This document shows positions 62,139-64,000 of a stretch of 64,000 nt of DNA, piece by piece. The translations under genes and the position numbers were made by a program. The number at the start of each line of letters is the position of its first letter. Position 1 is the stretch's first letter. The stretch lies in contig CAVPNL010000008.1 in assembly GCA_963706575.1 (NCBI GenBank), positions 224,001 to 288,000 on the forward strand, written 5' to 3'. The DNA comes from an uncultured delta proteobacterium (GTDB taxonomy: Bacteria > Desulfobacterota > Desulfobacteria > Desulfobacterales > JAHEIW01). The notes under the pieces were generated by a model, which did no database searches, was not told where the DNA came from, and saw only the letters and a program-made list of their open reading frames with translations.

Positions 62139-62325
62139 TCGATACAAGGTGCCCGCAAAGGCGAATGCCTAAAATGCCTAAAATGATCTAAAGTGCCTAA
62201 AATTAAGGAATTCTGTCCATTTTATTAAAAAAGATGGAGCATCACGCGGCGCAAGCGCCTGCGCTGTGCGAGCGGCACCATAACTTTAGTCATTTTAGCT
62301 CATTTTAGCTCATTTTAGGCATTTT
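62139..62325. repeat. CTAAAATG/CATTTTAG inverted-array element, copy 3 (core inverted relative to copies 1 and 2)
   Basis: ATGCCTAAAATGCCTAAAATGATCTAAAGTGCCTAAAA-TTAAGGAATTCTGTCCATTTTATTAAAAAAGATGGAGC...-CATTTTAGCTCATTTTAGCTCATTTTAGGCATTTT. Confidence 0.85.
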
Positions 62326-62379
62326 TTTTGCCTGATTATCCAACCGGGTTCAAGCATTTAACATTTTCAGATAGAGGGC

Positions 62380-63756
62380 ATGATGACGGATCCAGACCTG
62401 AAAGTTTATCCGATTTTACTGGCGGGGGGTACCGGTACCCGTCTGTGGCCGGTTTCCAGAGAGCTGTATCCCAAACAGCTGGTAAATTTCGTCGGTGAAG
62501 ACTCCCTGCTGCAGGATACGATCAAGCGGTTGTCGCCGGTGCTGAATCCGGAGAATGTCAAAGTCGTTTGCGGTGAGCAGCATTTCCATGAAACCGCAAG
62601 ACAGATTGAAAATCTCGGTCTTGCGCCGCAAGGAAAACTGATATGTGAGCCCAGCGGCCGCAATACGGCGCCGGCAATTCTGCTGGCCGTGCTGCACATT
62701 CTGGCTATTGATCAGGATGCGGTTTTATGTGTTTTTCCGGCCGATCATGTCATCCAGGATCTGGATGGCTTCCACGACAGACTCAGAGCAGCCACTGCGC
62801 TGGCCAGCGATGGCTATATCGTTACCTTTGGCATTCAGCCCCATTATCCCGAGACAGGATACGGGTATGTCGAGTGCGGCAAAAAACTGTCTCACGGCGC
62901 CCGGGTGCTCAAACGCTTTGTTGAAAAGCCGGATCTGGCCACCGCCCAAAAATACATTAAGGCCGGTAATTTTTTCTGGAACAGCGGCATGTTTGCCTTC
63001 AAGGCCTCGGTAATCCTTGCGGAATTCAAAAGCCACCAGCCGGATTTATTGAAAAAAATGAAATCGATTTTTAAGGTGGATAAACCGATCGCCCGCAAAG
63101 ATTATGATCAACTCAGCGATATCTCCATCGATTATGCCATCATGGAAAAAACCGCAAAAGGGGTCGTGCTGCCCTCTGATTTCGGCTGGAGCGATATCGG
63201 CTCCTGGAAATCCCTTTATGATTTTCTGAAAAAAGATGACGATAGCAACGTCATCGATGGTGACGTCATCGCGCAAGACACCCGCAATTGCCTGATCCTC
63301 GGGCATGATCGCCTGATCGCGACCAATCGCCTGCGGGGTATGGTTGTGGTCGAAACCCCGGATTCCGTTTTTGTCTCCGACCTTGAACACAGCCGCGAGG
63401 TGAAATCCATTGTTACTGAATTGAAGGAGAAGCAGCGCCGAGAGCATCAGCAGCATCGCAGCGTGTATCACCCCTGGGGCATATCAAAGCTCCTCGAGCA
63501 CAAAGACAATTATGCTTCAGCCGAGTTGACGGTGTATCCGCATTCTTCACTTGAGCTGCCGGCGCAGACAGACACGGTGTATCATCTTTTTATTTTAAAA
63601 GGTCGGGTGAAGATCATCACCGGCTCTGAAGAAAAAACCATGGGTTCCGGAGAAGCGATCACCTGGTGTGCAGAAGAACAGGCGAGTATCGAGAATGCCG
63701 CAAAAACTGAACTTTCTCTGATTCAGATAGAGCTGAAAAATCAAATGGATAATTAG
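62380..63756 (+). CDS. manC: Mannose-1-phosphate guanylyltransferase with degenerate cupin domain
   Basis: LAGGTGTRLWPVSR..PKQ, EPSGRNTAPA, FVEKPD, WNSGMF and GWSDIGSW motifs. Confidence 0.95.
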   Translation: MMTDPDLKVYPILLAGGTGTRLWPVSRELYPKQLVNFVGEDSLLQDTIKRLSPVLNPENVKVVCGEQHFHETARQIENLGLAPQGKLICEPSGRNTAPAILLAVLHILAIDQDAVLCVFPADHVIQDLDGFHDRLRAATALASDGYIVTFGIQPHYPETGYGYVECGKKLSHGARVLKRFVEKPDLATAQKYIKAGNFFWNSGMFAFKASVILAEFKSHQPDLLKKMKSIFKVDKPIARKDYDQLSDISIDYAIMEKTAKGVVLPSDFGWSDIGSWKSLYDFLKKDDDSNVIDGDVIAQDTRNCLILGHDRLIATNRLRGMVVVETPDSVFVSDLEHSREVKSIVTELKEKQRREHQQHRSVYHPWGISKLLEHKDNYASAELTVYPHSSLELPAQTDTVYHLFILKGRVKIITGSEEKTMGSGEAITWCAEEQASIENAAKTELSLIQIELKNQMDN

Positions 63757-63878
63757 CGCGTTATCCTGAAATATCCATATCATATTGGTACAATTGCCAA
63801 AATTGTGTTATTCGCAATATATCAAAAGATGGAAAATTTTCCATCTACTAAAAATGCAAGAATTATTAAAGGGGAAAC

Positions 63879-64000
63879 ATGTTAGACGAAAAAATGGAAA
63901 AATTGGCCGTATTAATAGATGCAGACAACGCTCAACCTTCTATTGTTGACGGACTACTATCGGAAATCGCAAAATATGGAACAGCTAATGTAAAAAGGAT
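63879..64000 (+). CDS. NYN domain protein, 5' part only
   Basis: Translated by hand: MLDEKMEKLAVLIDADNAQPSIVDGLLSEIAKYGTANVKR; LIDADN is the typical NYN motif. Confidence 0.8.
   Translation, partial: MLDEKMEKLAVLIDADNAQPSIVDGLLSEIAKYGTANVKR

Noticed and set aside
33822..63471. Long antisense or alternate-frame ORFs (e.g. 35842..36483, 36619..37308, 59790..60572, 60597..61475)
   Set aside because: These are shadows of well-supported housekeeping genes on the opposite strand.

Overview
Bacterial chromosome segment, most likely a Desulfobacterales-like deltaproteobacterium (inferred from gene content and protein style, not verified). It has two parts. (1) 1-23.2 kb is an accessory region downstream of tRNA-Leu(GAG) at 23167-23253 (minus strand). 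The tRNA 3' end (TGGTGCCGAAGGCCGGA on +) recurs five more times, at 6173, 7484 (degenerate), 9181, 12851 and 14092. Each copy carries a conserved AT-rich arm on its right (IHF consensus in four copies, GCATAT-like repeats in three) and usually a different terminator-like hairpin on its left. These junctions cut the region into 1.2-9 kb units with unrelated cargo: a corrinoid methyltransferase/UroD-family gene; pilin-like and secreted proteins; an L,D-transpeptidase/Lpp module; HicAB plus an XRE protein; and a large frameshifted toxin-like protein with a rubrerythrin pseudogene and an IS1182 remnant. An RND efflux operon lies at the far end. No integrase is visible in the window, so the region looks like a tRNA-anchored, integron-like array of non-autonomous cassettes. 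(2) 23.3-64 kb is core genome: secG-tpiA-gap, the lptCAB-rpoN-hpf-ptsN-rapZ cluster, recA-alaS, dapB, a MurU-AmgK fusion, plsB, rnhA, namZ, a 2-oxoacid:ferredoxin oxidoreductase operon, hisC-cmk-rpsA, guaB, dnaE and manC. Its intergenic spaces are repeatedly filled by short elements built from inverted arrays of 7-10 bp tandem repeats. Two MITEs with related ends occur, one in each part. All frameshifts I noticed fall in the accessory part.
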